Shown here in pieces: positions 1 to 13,700 of a stretch of 64,000 nt of DNA. The position numbers were made by a program, and so were the translations under genes. A model generated the notes under the pieces. It had not been told where the DNA came from. It worked only from the letters and a program-made list of their open reading frames with translations, and searched no databases. Source of the stretch: Eledone cirrhosa (Eukaryota); contig OZ024741.1 in the NCBI GenBank assembly GCA_964016885.1, positions 55,676,001-55,740,000 of the forward strand, written 5' to 3'. Positions within the stretch are counted from its first letter, which is position 1. Each line of letters begins with the position of its first letter.

Positions 1-1872
1 ACTACACAGTGTCTATCTATCCAGTTAACCACTACACACTGTGTCAATCTATCCAGTCAACAACTACACACTGAGTCAATCTATCCAGTCAACAACTAAA
101 CACTGTGTCAATCTATCCAGTCAACAACTACACAGTGTCTATCTATCCAGTCAACAACTACAGAGTGTCTATATATCCAGTCAACAACTACACAGTGTCT
201 ATCTATCCAGTCAACACCTACACAGTGTCTATCTCTCCAGTCAACAACTACACACTGTATCAATCTATCCAGTCAACAACTACACAGTGTCTATCTATCG
301 AGTCAACAACTACACACTGTTTCAATCTATCCAGTGAACAACTACACTGTGTCTATCTATCCAGTTAACCACTACACACTGTGTCAATCTATCCAGTCAA
401 CAACTACACACTGAGTCAATCTATCCAGTCAACAACTAAACACTGTGTCAATCTATCCAGTCAACAACTACACAGTGTCTATATATCCAGTCAACAACTA
501 CACAGCGTCTATCTATCCAGTCAACATCTACACAGTGTCTGTCTATCCAGTCATCATCTACACACTGTGTCAATCTATCCAGTCAACATCTACACACTGT
601 CAATCTATACAGTGAACAACTACACAGTGTCTATATATCCAGTCAAAAACTACACACTGTGTCAATCTATCCAGTCAACATCTACACACTGTGTCAATCT
701 ATCCAGTGAACAACTACACAGTGTCTATATATCCAGTCAACAACTACACACTGTGTCAATCTATCCAGTCAAAATCTACACACTGTGTCAATCTATCCAG
801 TGAACACCTACACAGTTTTTATATATCCAGTCAACAACTACACACTGTGTCAATCTATGCAGTCAACAACTACACAGTGTCTATCTATCCAGTTAACCAC
901 TACACACTGTGTCAATCTATCCAGTCAACAACTACACACTGAGTCAATCTATCCAGTCAACAACTAAACACTGTGTCAATCTATCCAGTCAACAACTACA
1001 CAGTGTCTATCTATCCAGTCAACAACTACAGAGTGTCTATATATCCAGTCAACAACTACACAGTGTCTATCTATCCAGTCAACACCTACACAGTGTCTAT
1101 CTCTCCAGTCAACAACTACACACTGTATCAATCTATCCAGTCAACAACTACACAGTGTCTATCTATCGAGTCAACAACTACACACTGTTTCAATCTATCC
1201 AGTGAACAACTACACTGTGTCAATCTATCCAGTCAACAAATACACACTGTGTCAATCTATCCAGTCAACAACTACACAGTGTCTATCTATCCTGTCAACA
1301 ACTACACAGTATCTATCTATCCAGTGAACAACTACACAGTGTCTATATATCCAGTCAACAAATACACAGTGTCCATCTATCCAGTCAACATCTACACACT
1401 GTGTCAATCTATCCATTCAACATCTACACACTGTGTCAATCTATCCAGTGAACAACTAGACAGTGACTATATATCCAGTCAACAACTACGCACTGTATCA
1501 ATCTATCCAGTCAACATCTACACACTGTGTCAATCTGTCCTTTGAACAACTACACAGTGTCTATCTATCCAGTCAACATCTACACAGTGTCTATCTATCC
1601 AGTCATCATCTACACACTGTGTCAATCTATCCAGTCAACATCTACACACTGTGTCAATCTATCCAGTGAACAACTACACAATGTCTATATATCCAGTCAA
1701 CAAATACACACTGTGTCAACCTATCCAGTCAACATCTACACACTGTGTCAATCTATCCAGTGAACAACTACACTGTGTCAATCTATCCAGTCAACAACTA
1801 CACACTGTGTCAATCTATCCAGTCAACAACTACACAGTGTCTATCTATCCTGTCAACAACTACACAGTATCT
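1..1872. repeat. Satellite array, left segment (30/32-bp monomers)
   Basis: Continuous tandem copies of GTGTCTATCTATCCAGTCAACAACTACACA (30 bp) and GTGTCAATCTATCCAGTCAACAACTACACACT (32 bp); runs off the window start. Confidence 0.98.
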
Positions 1873-2103
1873 CTATCTCTCTTTACGATGGACACATGTG
1901 CTGAGCTCGCTCGGTAAGTTTTTGTTTAAATTCATACGGAAATTGTAAACTGTAAACTTTCATTTTTGTACCATTTTGTTGAGGGACTGCCAGGTCAAAT
2001 TTTTATCTGGTCGGTCTCTCAAAATATTCTGCACCTTTGGGCGAAATAGTATTGTGAACATTTTATCTTTCGAAAAACTTCGAAAAACCCTATTTTGCGA
2101 AAA

Positions 2104-3975
2104 ATGGCTGAAGCATCTTCACCATCAATCAAAGAAGGAAAGGGGAAGTCATACTCACAGCTTCCCCCTGCCACTGTCACAGCAGCAGATGCCAAAGGCA
2201 GAGGTCAGAGAGAGGAAGAATTGTCTTTACCTGTTGACCGACCACTAGATGTAGCCACAACTACACAAGAGTTTGAAAACAACAACAACAACAACGACAA
2301 CAACAGCAACAATAAAGACAACAACAACAACACAAACGTCACAAGTATCCACACACCAAACGAGAAAGACAACAACAACAACAAAGATGAAAACAACTCA
2401 AACGACGAGAAACAAAACAATACTAAAATCCAAAGCGAAAACAAAATATCTTTTGCACAAACGGCTAAATTATCAGTCGCGTATGTGCTTGAAGATATTT
2501 CAAAAGCAAAAGAAATGCTGGAAAAAGCCAAGAAATATGTGTCTTTTGGCGAAAACGGTTCGTTTTCTATACATTCACCTCCAGAACTAAAAAAACAGAC
2601 GGAATTACGAACCGTCGTATTCCGAACAATTTTAAATAAAACAAAAAAACCAGCGCAACCATCTCAAGCGGAAACTCAGTTAGTCTTGAAAGACGCGATG
2701 AGAGATATCACTTTTATACAAAAGGATAAACTCTATGGGAGTTTATCCATATTGATGAAAGACGAATTGGCGGCGAAAAAATACTCTGTGTCGCCAATTC
2801 GGTTCACACACTACACCTTCTTCCCCACCTACATGGGTAAAAAAAACCAGAGGATATGGATAACCACCATCACCCCAAACATAAACTACTGGTGGTTACT
2901 AACCGGTTTCCTCAATTTAGACGAGGACAACCTCATTTCAATAGGGAAGGCATCCGGCGACGCGTTCAGTGGAACGAGCATCGAAGTTCTGACCCAAATA
3001 AGGCCAGAACGCATCGCCCAAATCCCTGAGCGCGTCATGCTGGATGACCGTACCCACCTCAACATTATTGTGGAGGGTAGGCGTCCCTCCTGTTACCTCT
3101 GTGGCAATAGAGGTCACCTGAGGGCTGCCTGTCCCCAGCTCACACAGAAAAAAACACTGCTACCAACACCAACACCACCCCAACTACAACAACAAAAACA
3201 ACCACAACAACAACAACAAAAACCAACAACCCCACCACCACCACCACAACAACAACAAACACGTGAAAAAATAACACAGAATACTGTCCCACCCAATCCC
3301 TCCCCACCCAAAACAAATACAAAAACACACACACCGCAAACACTACCAGAAAACATACCCCTCCCACCCAACAAGGAAGACGAACCCCTTTCGTCGCAAG
3401 ACGAAAAAGATCCCTTCCAACAAGTAAAAAGAAAGAAGAGGAGACGCACCACAGACACACATGTTAACTTTACCCCCCCCCCCCCCCCAAGAGAACACAA
3501 ACGTCACACAACACTAACTGCTACACAAAAAAAGACCTTACAATACACATACATGAACACAGACAACAAAGAATTACGGAAAACAATTTCAGCAAACCCT
3601 TCGGTCCAAACTGAAGGGCCAAACTTTATAACTGCTGTGGGACTACCTCATTTAAAAATGATAAAAGTCCCAATGAACTTGTACAAAACACTGAAAATAA
3701 ATTTCACGGAGGACGTGGTCCCCCCCCCCCCCCCCCCCTGCGCCAAACCAATCAACCGCGTCCTCCTAAAAAATTTCACACACCCCCCCCCCACCCCAGA
3801 CACCCACTCAACCACAAACACCCCAACCCACAACACACCGATGCCCCTTCACTTCCACAAACCACCACCCCACCCAACAACCCATCCCCAACCAGCATGG
3901 AAATTGAGCGGCCCGTTTCCCGGGACGCAGAGAGATAAGTGCCTTTTCTCCATACCACCAACATGGCTGTGCTAA
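2104..3975 (+). CDS. LINE ORF1p (gag-like nucleic-acid-binding protein)
   Basis: ATG at 2104 (MAEASSP...), open to TAA 3975; zinc knuckle CYLCGNRGHLRAAC (CX2CX4HX4C); Asn-rich N-terminus, Pro/Gln/Thr-rich C-terminus, basic patch KRKKRRR. Confidence 0.85.
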   Translation: MAEASSPSIKEGKGKSYSQLPPATVTAADAKGRGQREEELSLPVDRPLDVATTTQEFENNNNNNDNNSNNKDNNNNTNVTSIHTPNEKDNNNNKDENNSNDEKQNNTKIQSENKISFAQTAKLSVAYVLEDISKAKEMLEKAKKYVSFGENGSFSIHSPPELKKQTELRTVVFRTILNKTKKPAQPSQAETQLVLKDAMRDITFIQKDKLYGSLSILMKDELAAKKYSVSPIRFTHYTFFPTYMGKKNQRIWITTITPNINYWWLLTGFLNLDEDNLISIGKASGDAFSGTSIEVLTQIRPERIAQIPERVMLDDRTHLNIIVEGRRPSCYLCGNRGHLRAACPQLTQKKTLLPTPTPPQLQQQKQPQQQQQKPTTPPPPPQQQQTREKITQNTVPPNPSPPKTNTKTHTPQTLPENIPLPPNKEDEPLSSQDEKDPFQQVKRKKRRRTTDTHVNFTPPPPPREHKRHTTLTATQKKTLQYTYMNTDNKELRKTISANPSVQTEGPNFITAVGLPHLKMIKVPMNLYKTLKINFTEDVVPPPPPPCAKPINRVLLKNFTHPPPTPDTHSTTNTPTHNTPMPLHFHKPPPHPTTHPQPAWKLSGPFPGTQRDKCLFSIPPTWLC

Positions 3976-6900
3976 GAGTAGGGTGTCTAAATGCTCGTGG
4001 CCTGGGCTCGTCTTGGAAGCAAGCAATGCTTCTAAATGACCTCAGGTCACAATCTATAAATGTGATGGTTATCTGCGAGGCCCGGATCAGCAGCATGCGA
4101 CAGCTAGCCCCCACCTTTGACGACTTTGAGATGCACGCATCTCTCTGTCAGCCCGGAGGTGGGGGTGGGGTTGTCGTTCTGCTGCAAAAACATATGGGCC
4201 TTGCAACACAGATAGTTCACTTGGACCCAGGGGGTCGACTGGTGTTGCTGGACCTTGGCAGTGGTGAAGGTGGAGCCTTTAGGTTGGTAGCCGCATATGC
4301 CCCTTTTGGGACAGAGCGGCCCGACTTTTTCCAGCGTCTGGAGTCTTTTCTAGGGACGTCCCGTTCCCTGCTTTTAGTGGGGGATTGGAATGGTATCCTG
4401 GATGCACGTTGGGACTATGCAGGGGCATGTCCCGATAGAGAGGGGTGCAACAGCCTCAAGGGGTTACTCGGCCGATTTGACCTGGCCGATAGATTTCGAC
4501 TAGATTTTCCGACGGTGCCAACCTGGTCTTGATCAAATCGCAGCGGATCATCTAGGTCGTACCTAGATAGATTTTTAGTTAGAAATAAGGACAGGGACTT
4601 TTTAAGTTGTCCAGAAATGCTCATGGTTGGCTATTCAGACCACAAGTTGGTGACCTGCATGGTCAACCTTGATAGAACGCATAGACAGGGCCCCGGTTAC
4701 TGGAAGCTCAACTTGTCCTTGCCGGCAAGTAGAGCCTACAGGAATCGGATTAGTACGTTAGTTAAGGAACGGTTGACTGGAGCGATCGTCAACAGCAGGT
4801 GGTGGGTATCTCTAAAGAGAGAGATTAGAGTAGTCTCGATTGAATTTAGTAAGGTTCTAGCTGCGGATAGGAATAGGAAGGAAAGGGAGCTAATAGATAG
4901 AGTAGAAGAGGCAATTAGAAGCGGCGACGTGGCCAGAGTGCTAGCGTCGAGAACGGCTTTGAGCCAGTTTTTCGACGCGAAGCACGAAGGCTGCGTTGTC
5001 CGAAGTAAAATACGTGCTCTAGGGAACGAGGGGACCAAAGCTGTTAGCTGGGCCCGCGTGACAGAGGCCAACAGTGGAACTAAATCCACTATCCGGTCTT
5101 TGCGAGACCTGGATGGACGGGCGATTCTTGAGCCTAAGCAGATGTGTGAGGCCTTTCAAAGGCACTTTGCCCGACTGTTCGGGAGGGGCGGGGAGCCGGT
5201 TGGGAATGTGGACTTCGGTCCATACCTCGACGGCCTGCCGCGTCTCTCGGACAGGGAGGCGAAGTCCTGCGAGGAGCCGATTTCGGCCGCTGAGATAGAG
5301 GACGTGCTGGGCCAATGCGGCAAACGCAAATCCCCGGGTCTCGATGGTCTTCCTTACGAATTATATCTAGCTATGCCGGACTTGTTCCCCGATCTCCTCG
5401 AGGCGGTCTACTGCAACTGGCAACAGAACGGGAGAATTCCCTGTACTGTGACCAAGGGCGTAGTCACGCTAGTGAGGAAGGACGAGAACAAGGGGGACGA
5501 AATAAGTAACTTCAGGCCCATAACTCTGCTGAATACAGAGTTACAGATTTTGGCCAAGGTGCTAGCAAAGAGGTTGGCGCTTGTCATGGGCAACCTGGTG
5601 GGAGATGCGCAGACATGCGCTATCCCGTCCAGGTCCATCCATGACAACCTCCACCTCATGCGATACATCATAGAGAGGGTTGGGAACGAACCCGGCTTTG
5701 GTGGGGCTCTGATCAACTTGGATCAATCTAAGGCGTTCGATAGGGTTGACCATGGTTACCTGGATGCTGTGCTAGCGGCGGCAGGCTTCGGACCCGTTTT
5801 CAGGGGCTGGATCACTGCTATGCACAGCAGCCGCATCTGCTCTAGGGTCAAGGTGAACGGCTACCTCTCGGGGCCGTTCAAAATCGCGCGGTCCATCCGA
5901 CAAGGGTGCCCTCTCTCCTCCCTTCTGTATGTGTTGACTCTCGAGCCACTACTGCGGAAGTTGGAGTTGTTGCAGGGCATCCCTTTGGAACCGGGATTGC
6001 GGAAAGCGGTGTCGGCCTACGCCGATGACGTGACAGTAATGGTGTCGACGGCCTCCGAAATCGAGGCGGTCGGCACCTTACTGGAGGAGTACGAAAGGTT
6101 CACAGGGGCTAAGCTGAACCGGGACAAGTCGATCGGTTTGCAACTCGGCACGTGGAGGGGCAGACCGATGCCCTCCGATGGCGTCGTTGGACGCTGGACG
6201 GAGGGCCCGGTGAAGTTGCTCGGGGTCTGGTTCGGACCGTACCTCCAGGTGGAGAAAAACTGGGCGGAGGTTACGAACAGGGTGTTTGCACTGACCCAGA
6301 AGTGGGCCAGTTGCAAACTATCTCTGAAAGGTCGGGCGGAGGTGGCGAACACCTATATAGCGTCCGTCATCTACTACCGCCTGACCGTAGTGCCCTGCCC
6401 AAGGGAAACCCTCAACAAGATGGAGCGCGCGCTCTTCCAATTCCTTTGGAAGAGGCGGGCTCCTATGGTGAGGAGATCCATCTGCTGTCAACACCCTTCG
6501 AAAGGAGGGCTGGGGATGCCGTGGCTAATGATGCGTAAACACGCATTAAGGCTACGGCACCTCTACGTATTCCTCACCGGTCAACCGGTGTGGGCCTCGT
6601 TTGTGAGACGAACCTTTCCCAGACTCGTCTCACTCACCGAGCTGCAATCCTGGGTCAAGCAAAGACCGAGAAAACTGGGCGCCTGGCAGACTGAGTGTGC
6701 CCAGGCGCTCACCGCCCTCTGGCAGGCGGATCCGGTTATCAGTGGAGACTCCACCGCAACATTCTATAGAGGGCTGGTACGCAGCAGGTGCGACGACGCC
6801 CTCGGAGAAGCCCTAGACATGGAGGAGGATGAACTGGCCAGCCTGTTCGGTAGGACATTCAGCCCAGGACCTATGGACAACTTCCAGAAGTCCCTGGCCT

Positions 6901-7400
6901 GGCAGTGCTACCGAGGGGCTCTACCCGTTCGAGAAAAGCTCTACAGACACGGGCGCCCGGGTAGGGACCCCGCCAAAAAGATCTGTCCCAGATGCGTGTG
7001 CGACGAGGAAACCGTTGCACACGCATTGGTACACTGCTCGGGCGTAGCCGATCTGTGGGGCTATGTCGAACAACTGCTGTCAAGGGTGGGACCGATCCGG
7101 TTGACCACCGAGTCTATTGTAATAATCAAGCCGCCTCCCACCTTCAAAGATGAAGGAGAGGCGGTGTTTCTGTGCGTAATAGCCATGGTGAAAGAGGTTG
7201 TATGGTGGACGCGTCTGAAAGGACTGAGGTCAGGCACCTTTCTCTCTGGCCAACAACTGGTCCGTTTCTTCCGATATCATTTCGGAAGAAGGATCAGGAT
7301 GGAGAGAGAGGTGCTCCACCCCAGTCGTTTTTATGAAAGGTGGGTGAAAGTGGCGAGAATGGCCCGTGTGAATGGGCCTTCTCTTTACATAAGCCTGTAG
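3963..7400 (+). pseudogene. LINE ORF2p (APE endonuclease + reverse transcriptase + C-terminal zinc finger) with one in-frame TGA at 4530-4532
   Basis: ORF-track entries 3939-4532 and 4617-7400 are in the same frame. APE motifs LNARGL, GDWN, YLDRF, SDH; RT motifs SPGLDG, NFRPITLLN, LDQSKAFDRVDH, IRQGCPLS, AYADD; C-terminal CPRC-x8-H-x4-C. ATG 3963 overlaps the end of ORF1 by 13 nt. Confidence 0.92.
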
Positions 7401-7706
7401 GTGGAAAAGAGGAAGGAACGAGGGAGTACCCCCTCTCTGTGCTCCTGAGGAAAAGGGTTGCACACTTTTTTCAGGGGTGTGTGCGACCCCCCAAGGCGCC
7501 TCCTCTCTATTGAGGATTTTGTTATGAATTTTATTTTCTGTTATATTTTATGACAAAATCCTCTATTGAGGATTTTGTTATAATTCTATTTATTGTTATA
7601 TTTAATTTTATTTTTATATATTGTTATTGCCTCCTCCCTATTGAGGACGCCTTGTTTTGTAAACTCCCCCCATTGTACTTGTCCCACTTTTGATGCCCTG
7701 GTGGCA

Positions 7707-7712
7707 AATAAA
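7707..7712 (+). terminator. Polyadenylation signal of the LINE
   Basis: AATAAA immediately before the 3' junction (AATAAAAGAAACA|TATCTATCC). Confidence 0.6.
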
Positions 7713-7719
7713 AGAAACA

Positions 7720-10700
7720 TATCTATCCAGTGAACAACTACACAGTGTCTATCTATCCAGTCAACAACTACACAGTGTCTATCTATCCAGTCAACATCTA
7801 CACACTGTGTCAATCTATCCAGTCAACAACTACACACTGTGTCAGTCTATCCATTGAACAACTACACAGTGTCTATATATCCAGTCAACAACTGCACAGT
7901 ATCTATCTATCCAGTCAACATCTACACACTGTGTCAATCTATCCAGTGAACAACTAAACAGTGTCTATATATCCAGTCAACAACAACTACACACTGTGTC
8001 AATCTATCCAGTCAACAACTACACAGTGTCTATCTATCCAGTCAACAACTAAACAGTGTCTATCTATCCAGTCAACAACTACACAGTGTCTATCTATCCA
8101 GTCAACAACTACACGGTGTCTATATATCCAGTCAACATCTACACACTGTGTCAATCTCTCCAGTCAACAACTACACACTGTGTCAGTCTATCCAGCCAAC
8201 AACTACACAGTGTCTATCTATCCAGTCAACAACTACACAGTGTCTATATGTCCAGTCAACATCTACACACTGTGTCAATCAATCCAGTAAAAAACTACAC
8301 ACTTTGTTAATCTATCCAGTCCACAACTACATACTGTGTCAATCTATCCAGTCAAAAAACTACACAGTATCTATCTATCCAGCCAACAACTACACAGTGT
8401 CAATCTATCCAGTCAACAACTACACAGCGTCTATCTATCCAGTCAACATCTACACAGTGTCTGTCTATCCAGTCATCATCTACACACTGTGTCAATCTAT
8501 CCAGTCAACATCTACACACTGTCAATCTATACAGTGAACAACTACACAGTGTCTATATATCAAGTCAAAAAATACACACTGTGTCAATCTATCCAGTCAA
8601 CATCTACACACTGTGTCAATCTATCCAGTGAACAACTACACAGTGTCTATATATCCAGTCAACAACTACACACTGTGTCAATCTATCCAGTCAAAATCTA
8701 CACACTGTGTCAATCTATCCAGTGAACACCTACACAGTTTTTATATATCCAGTCAACAACTACACACTGTGTCAATCTATGCAGTCAACAACTACACAGT
8801 GTCTATCTATCCAGTTAACCACTACACACTGTGTCAATCTATCCAGTCAACAACTACACACTGAGTCAATCTATCCAGTCAACAACTAAACACTGTGTCA
8901 ATCTATCCAGTCAACAACTACACAGTGTCTATCTATCCAGTCAACAACTACAGAGTGTCTATATATCCAGTCAACAACTACACAGTGTCTATCTATCCAG
9001 TCAACACCTACACAGTGTCTATCTCTCCAGTCAACAACTACACACTGTATCAATCTATCCAGTCAACAACTACACAGTGTCTATCTATCGAGTCAACAAC
9101 TACACACTGTGTCAATCTATCCAGTCAACAGTTACACAGTGTCTATATATCTAGTCAACAACTACACACTGTGTCTATCTATCCTGTCAACAACTACACA
9201 GTGTTCATCTCTCCAGTCAACAACTACAGAGTGTCTATCTATCCAGTCAACATCTACACACTGTGTCAATCTATCCAGTGAACAACTACACAGTGTCTAT
9301 ATATATCCAGTCAACAACTACACAGTATCTATCTATCCAGTCAACATCTACACACTGTGTCAATCTATCAAGTCAAAAATTACACAGTGTCTATATATCC
9401 AGTAAACATCTACACACTGTGTCAATCTATCCAGTCGACAACTACACAGTGTCTATATATCCAGTCAACATCTACACACTGCGTCAATCTATCCAGTCAA
9501 CAACTACACGCTGTGTCAATCTATCAAGTCAACAACTACACACTGTGTCAATCTATCCAGTCAATAACTACACAGTATCTATCTATCCAGTCAACAACTG
9601 CACAGTGTCTATCTATCCAGTCAACAACTACACAGTGTCTATATATCCAGTCAACAACATCTACACACTGTGTCAATCTATCAAGCCAACAACTACACAC
9701 TGTGTCAATCTATCCAGTCAACAACTACACACTGTGTCAATCTATCCAGTCAACAACTACACACTGTGTCAATCTATCCAGTCAACAACTACACACTGTG
9801 TCAATCTATCCAACCCACAACTACACAGTGTCAATCGATCCAGCCAACAACAACACACTGTGTCAATCTATCCAGCCAACAACTACACACTGTGTCAATC
9901 TATCCAGCCAACAACTACACACTGTGTCAATCTATCCAGTCAACAACTACACACTGTGTCAATCTATCCAACTCACAACTACACAGTGTCAATCTATCCA
10001 GCCAACAACAACACACTGTGTCAATCTATCCAGCCAACAACTACACACTGTGTCAATCTATCCAGCCAACAACTACACACTGTGTCAATCTATCCAGTCA
10101 ACAACTACACACTGTGTCAATCTATCCAGTCAACAACTACACACTGTGTCAATCTATCCAACCCACAACTACACAGTGTCAATCTACCCAGCCAACAACA
10201 ACACACAGTGTCAATCTATCCAGCCAACAACTACACACTGTGTCAATCTATCCAGCCAACAACTACACACTGAGTCAATCTATCCAGTCAACAACTACAC
10301 AGTGTCTATCTATCCAGTCAACAACTACACAGTGTCTATCTATCCAGCCAACATCTACACACTGTGTCAATCTATCCAGTCAACAACTACACACTGTGTC
10401 AATCTATCCAGTCAACAACTACACACTGTGTCAATCTATCCAACCCACAACTACACAGTGTCAATCTATCCAGCCAACAACTACACACTGTTTCAATCTA
10501 TCCAGCCAACAACTACACAGTGTCTATCTATCCAGTCAACAACTACACAGTGTCTATCTATCCAGGCAACAACTACACAGTGTCTATCTATCCAGCCAAC
10601 ATCTACACACTGTGTCAATCTATCCAGTCAACAACTACACACTGTGTCAATCAATCCAGTCAACAACTACACACTGTGTCAATCTATCCAACCCACAACT

Positions 10701-13700
10701 ACACACTGTGTCAATTTATCCAGCCAACAACTACACACTCTGTCAATCTATCCAGCCAACAACTACACAGTGTCTATCTATCCAGTCAACAGCTACACAG
10801 TGTCTATCTATCCAGTCAACAACTACACACTGTGTCTATATATCCAGTCAACAACTACACACTCTGTCAATCTATCCAGCCAACAACTACACAGTGTCTA
10901 TCTATCCAGTCAACAACTACACAGTGTCTATCTATCCACTCAACAACTACACACTGTGTCTATATATCCAGTCAACAACTACACACTCTGTCAATCTATC
11001 CAGTCAACAACTACACAGTGTCTATCTATCCAGTCAACAACTACACAGTGTCTATCTATCCAGTCAACAACTACACACTGTGTCTATATATCCAGTCAAC
11101 AACTACACAGTGCCTATCTATCCAGTCAACAACTACGCACTGTGTCAATCTATCCAGCCAACAACAACACACTGTGTCAATCTATCCAGCCAACAACTAC
11201 ACACTGTGTCAATCTATCCAGTAAACAACTACACACTGTGTCAATCTATCCAGTAAACAACTACACACTGTGTCTATATATCCAGCCAACAACTACACAC
11301 TGTGTCAATCTATCCAGTCGACAACTACACACTGTGTCTATATATCCAGCCAACAACTACACACTCTGTCAATCTATCCAGTCAACAACTACACAGTGTC
11401 TATCTATCCAGTCAACAACTACACAGTGTCTAACTATCCAGTCCATAACTACACACTGTGTCTATATATCCAGTCAACAACTACACAGTGCCTATCTATC
11501 CAGTCAACAACTACGCACTGTGTCAATCTATCCAGCCAACAACAACACACTGTGTCAATCTATCCAACCAACAACTACACACTATGTCAATCTATCCAGT
11601 CAACAACTACACACTGTGTCAATCTATCCAATCAACAACTACACACTGTGTCTATATATCCAGCCAACAACTACACACTGTGTCAATCTATCCAGTCAAC
11701 AACTACACACTGTGTAAATCTATCCAGTCAACAACTACACACTGTGTTAAACTATCCAGTCAACAACTACGCACTGTGTCAATCTATCCAGCCAACAACA
11801 ACACACTGTGTCAATCTATCCAACCCACAACTACACACTGTGTCAATCTATCCAGCCAACAACTACACACTGTGTCAATCTATCCAGCCAACAACTACAC
11901 ACTGTGTCAATCTATCCAGTCAACATCTACACTGTGTCAATCTATCCAGTCAACAACTACACACTGTGTAAATCTATCCAGTCAACAACTACACACTGTG
12001 TTAAACTATCCAGCCAACAACTACACACTGTGTCAATCTATCCAGTCAACATCTACACTGTGTCAATCTATCCAGTCAACAACTACACACTGTGTCAATC
12101 TATTCAGTCAACAACTACACAGTGTCTATCTATCCAGCTAACAACTACACAGTGTCTATCTATCCAGTCAGCAACTACACAGAGTGTTTATCTATCCAGT
12201 CAACAAATACACACTGTGTCAATCTATCCAGTCAACACCTACACATTGCCTATCTATCCAGTCAACAACTACACAGTATCTATCTATCCAGTCAACAACT
12301 ACAGTGTCAATCTATCCAGTCAAAAACTACACTGTGTCAATCTATCCAGTCAACAACTACAGTGTCTATATATCCAGTCAACAACTACACACTGTGTCTA
12401 TCTATCCTGTCAACAACTACACAGTGTCTATATACCTAGTCAACAAATACACACTGTGTCTATCTATCCTGTCAACAACTACACAGTGTAAATCTATCCA
12501 GTCAACAACTACACAGAGTCTATCTATCCAGTCAACAACTACACAGTGTCTATATATCCAGTCGACATCTACACACTGTGTCAATCTATCCAGTCGACAT
12601 CTACACACTGTGTCAATCTATCCAGTGAACAACTACACAATGTCTATATATCCAGTCAACATCTACACACTGTGTCAATCTATCCTGTCAACAACTAGAC
12701 AGTGTCTATATATCCAGTCAACAACTACACACTGTGTCAATCTATCCAGTCAAAATCTACACACTGTGTCAATCTATCCAGTGAACACCTACACAGTTTT
12801 TATATATCCAGTCAACAACTACACACTGTGTCAATCTATCCAGTCAACAACTACACAGTGTCTATCTATCCAGTTAACCACTACACACTGTGTCAATCTA
12901 TCCAGTCAACAACTACACACTGTGTCAATCTATCCAGCCAACAACTACACACTGTGTCAATCTATCCAGCCAACAACTACACACTGTGTCAATCTATCCA
13001 GTCAACAGCTACACAGTGTCTATCTATCCAGTCAACAACTACACACTGTGTCTATATATCCAGGCAACAACTACACACTGTGTCAATCTATCCAGTCAAC
13101 AACTACACAGTGTCTATCTATCCAGTCAACAACTACACAGTGTCTATCTATCCAGTCAACAACTACACACTGTGTCTATATATCCAGTCAACAACTACAC
13201 ACTCTGTCAATCTATCCAGCCAACAACTACACAGTGTCTATCTATCCAGTCAACAACTACACAGTGTCTATCTATCCAGTCAACAACTACACACTGTGTC
13301 TATATATCCAGTCAACAACTACACACTCTGTCAATCTATCCAGTCAACAACTACACAGTGTCTATCTATCCAGTCAACAACTACACAGTGTCTATCTATC
13401 CAGTCAACAACTACACACTGTGTCTATATATCCAGTCAACAACTACACAGTGCCTATCTATCCAGTCAACAACTACGCACTGTGTCAATCTATCCAGCCA
13501 ACAACAACACACTGTGTCAATCTATCCAGCCAACAACTACACACTGTGTCAATCTATCCAGTCAACAACTACACACTGTGTCAATCTATACAGTCAACAA
13601 CTACACACTGTGTCTATATATCCAGCCAACAACTACACACTGTGTCAATCTATCCAGTCAACAACTACACACTGTGTCAATCTATCCAGCCAACAACAAC

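Larger units (their letters stand above)
1873..7719 (+). mobile_element. Near full-length Tx1/L1-clade non-LTR retrotransposon inserted in the satellite
   Basis: ~230-nt 5'UTR, ORF1 with CCHC knuckle, overlapping ORF2 with APE-RT-CCHC, 3'UTR with AATAAA (7707-7712) and a short A-rich end; satellite resumes in register on both sides. Confidence 0.93.

Noticed and set aside
4736-7463. Antisense and alternate-frame ORFs within LINE ORF2
   Set aside because: Short, without motifs, and expected in GC-rich coding sequence
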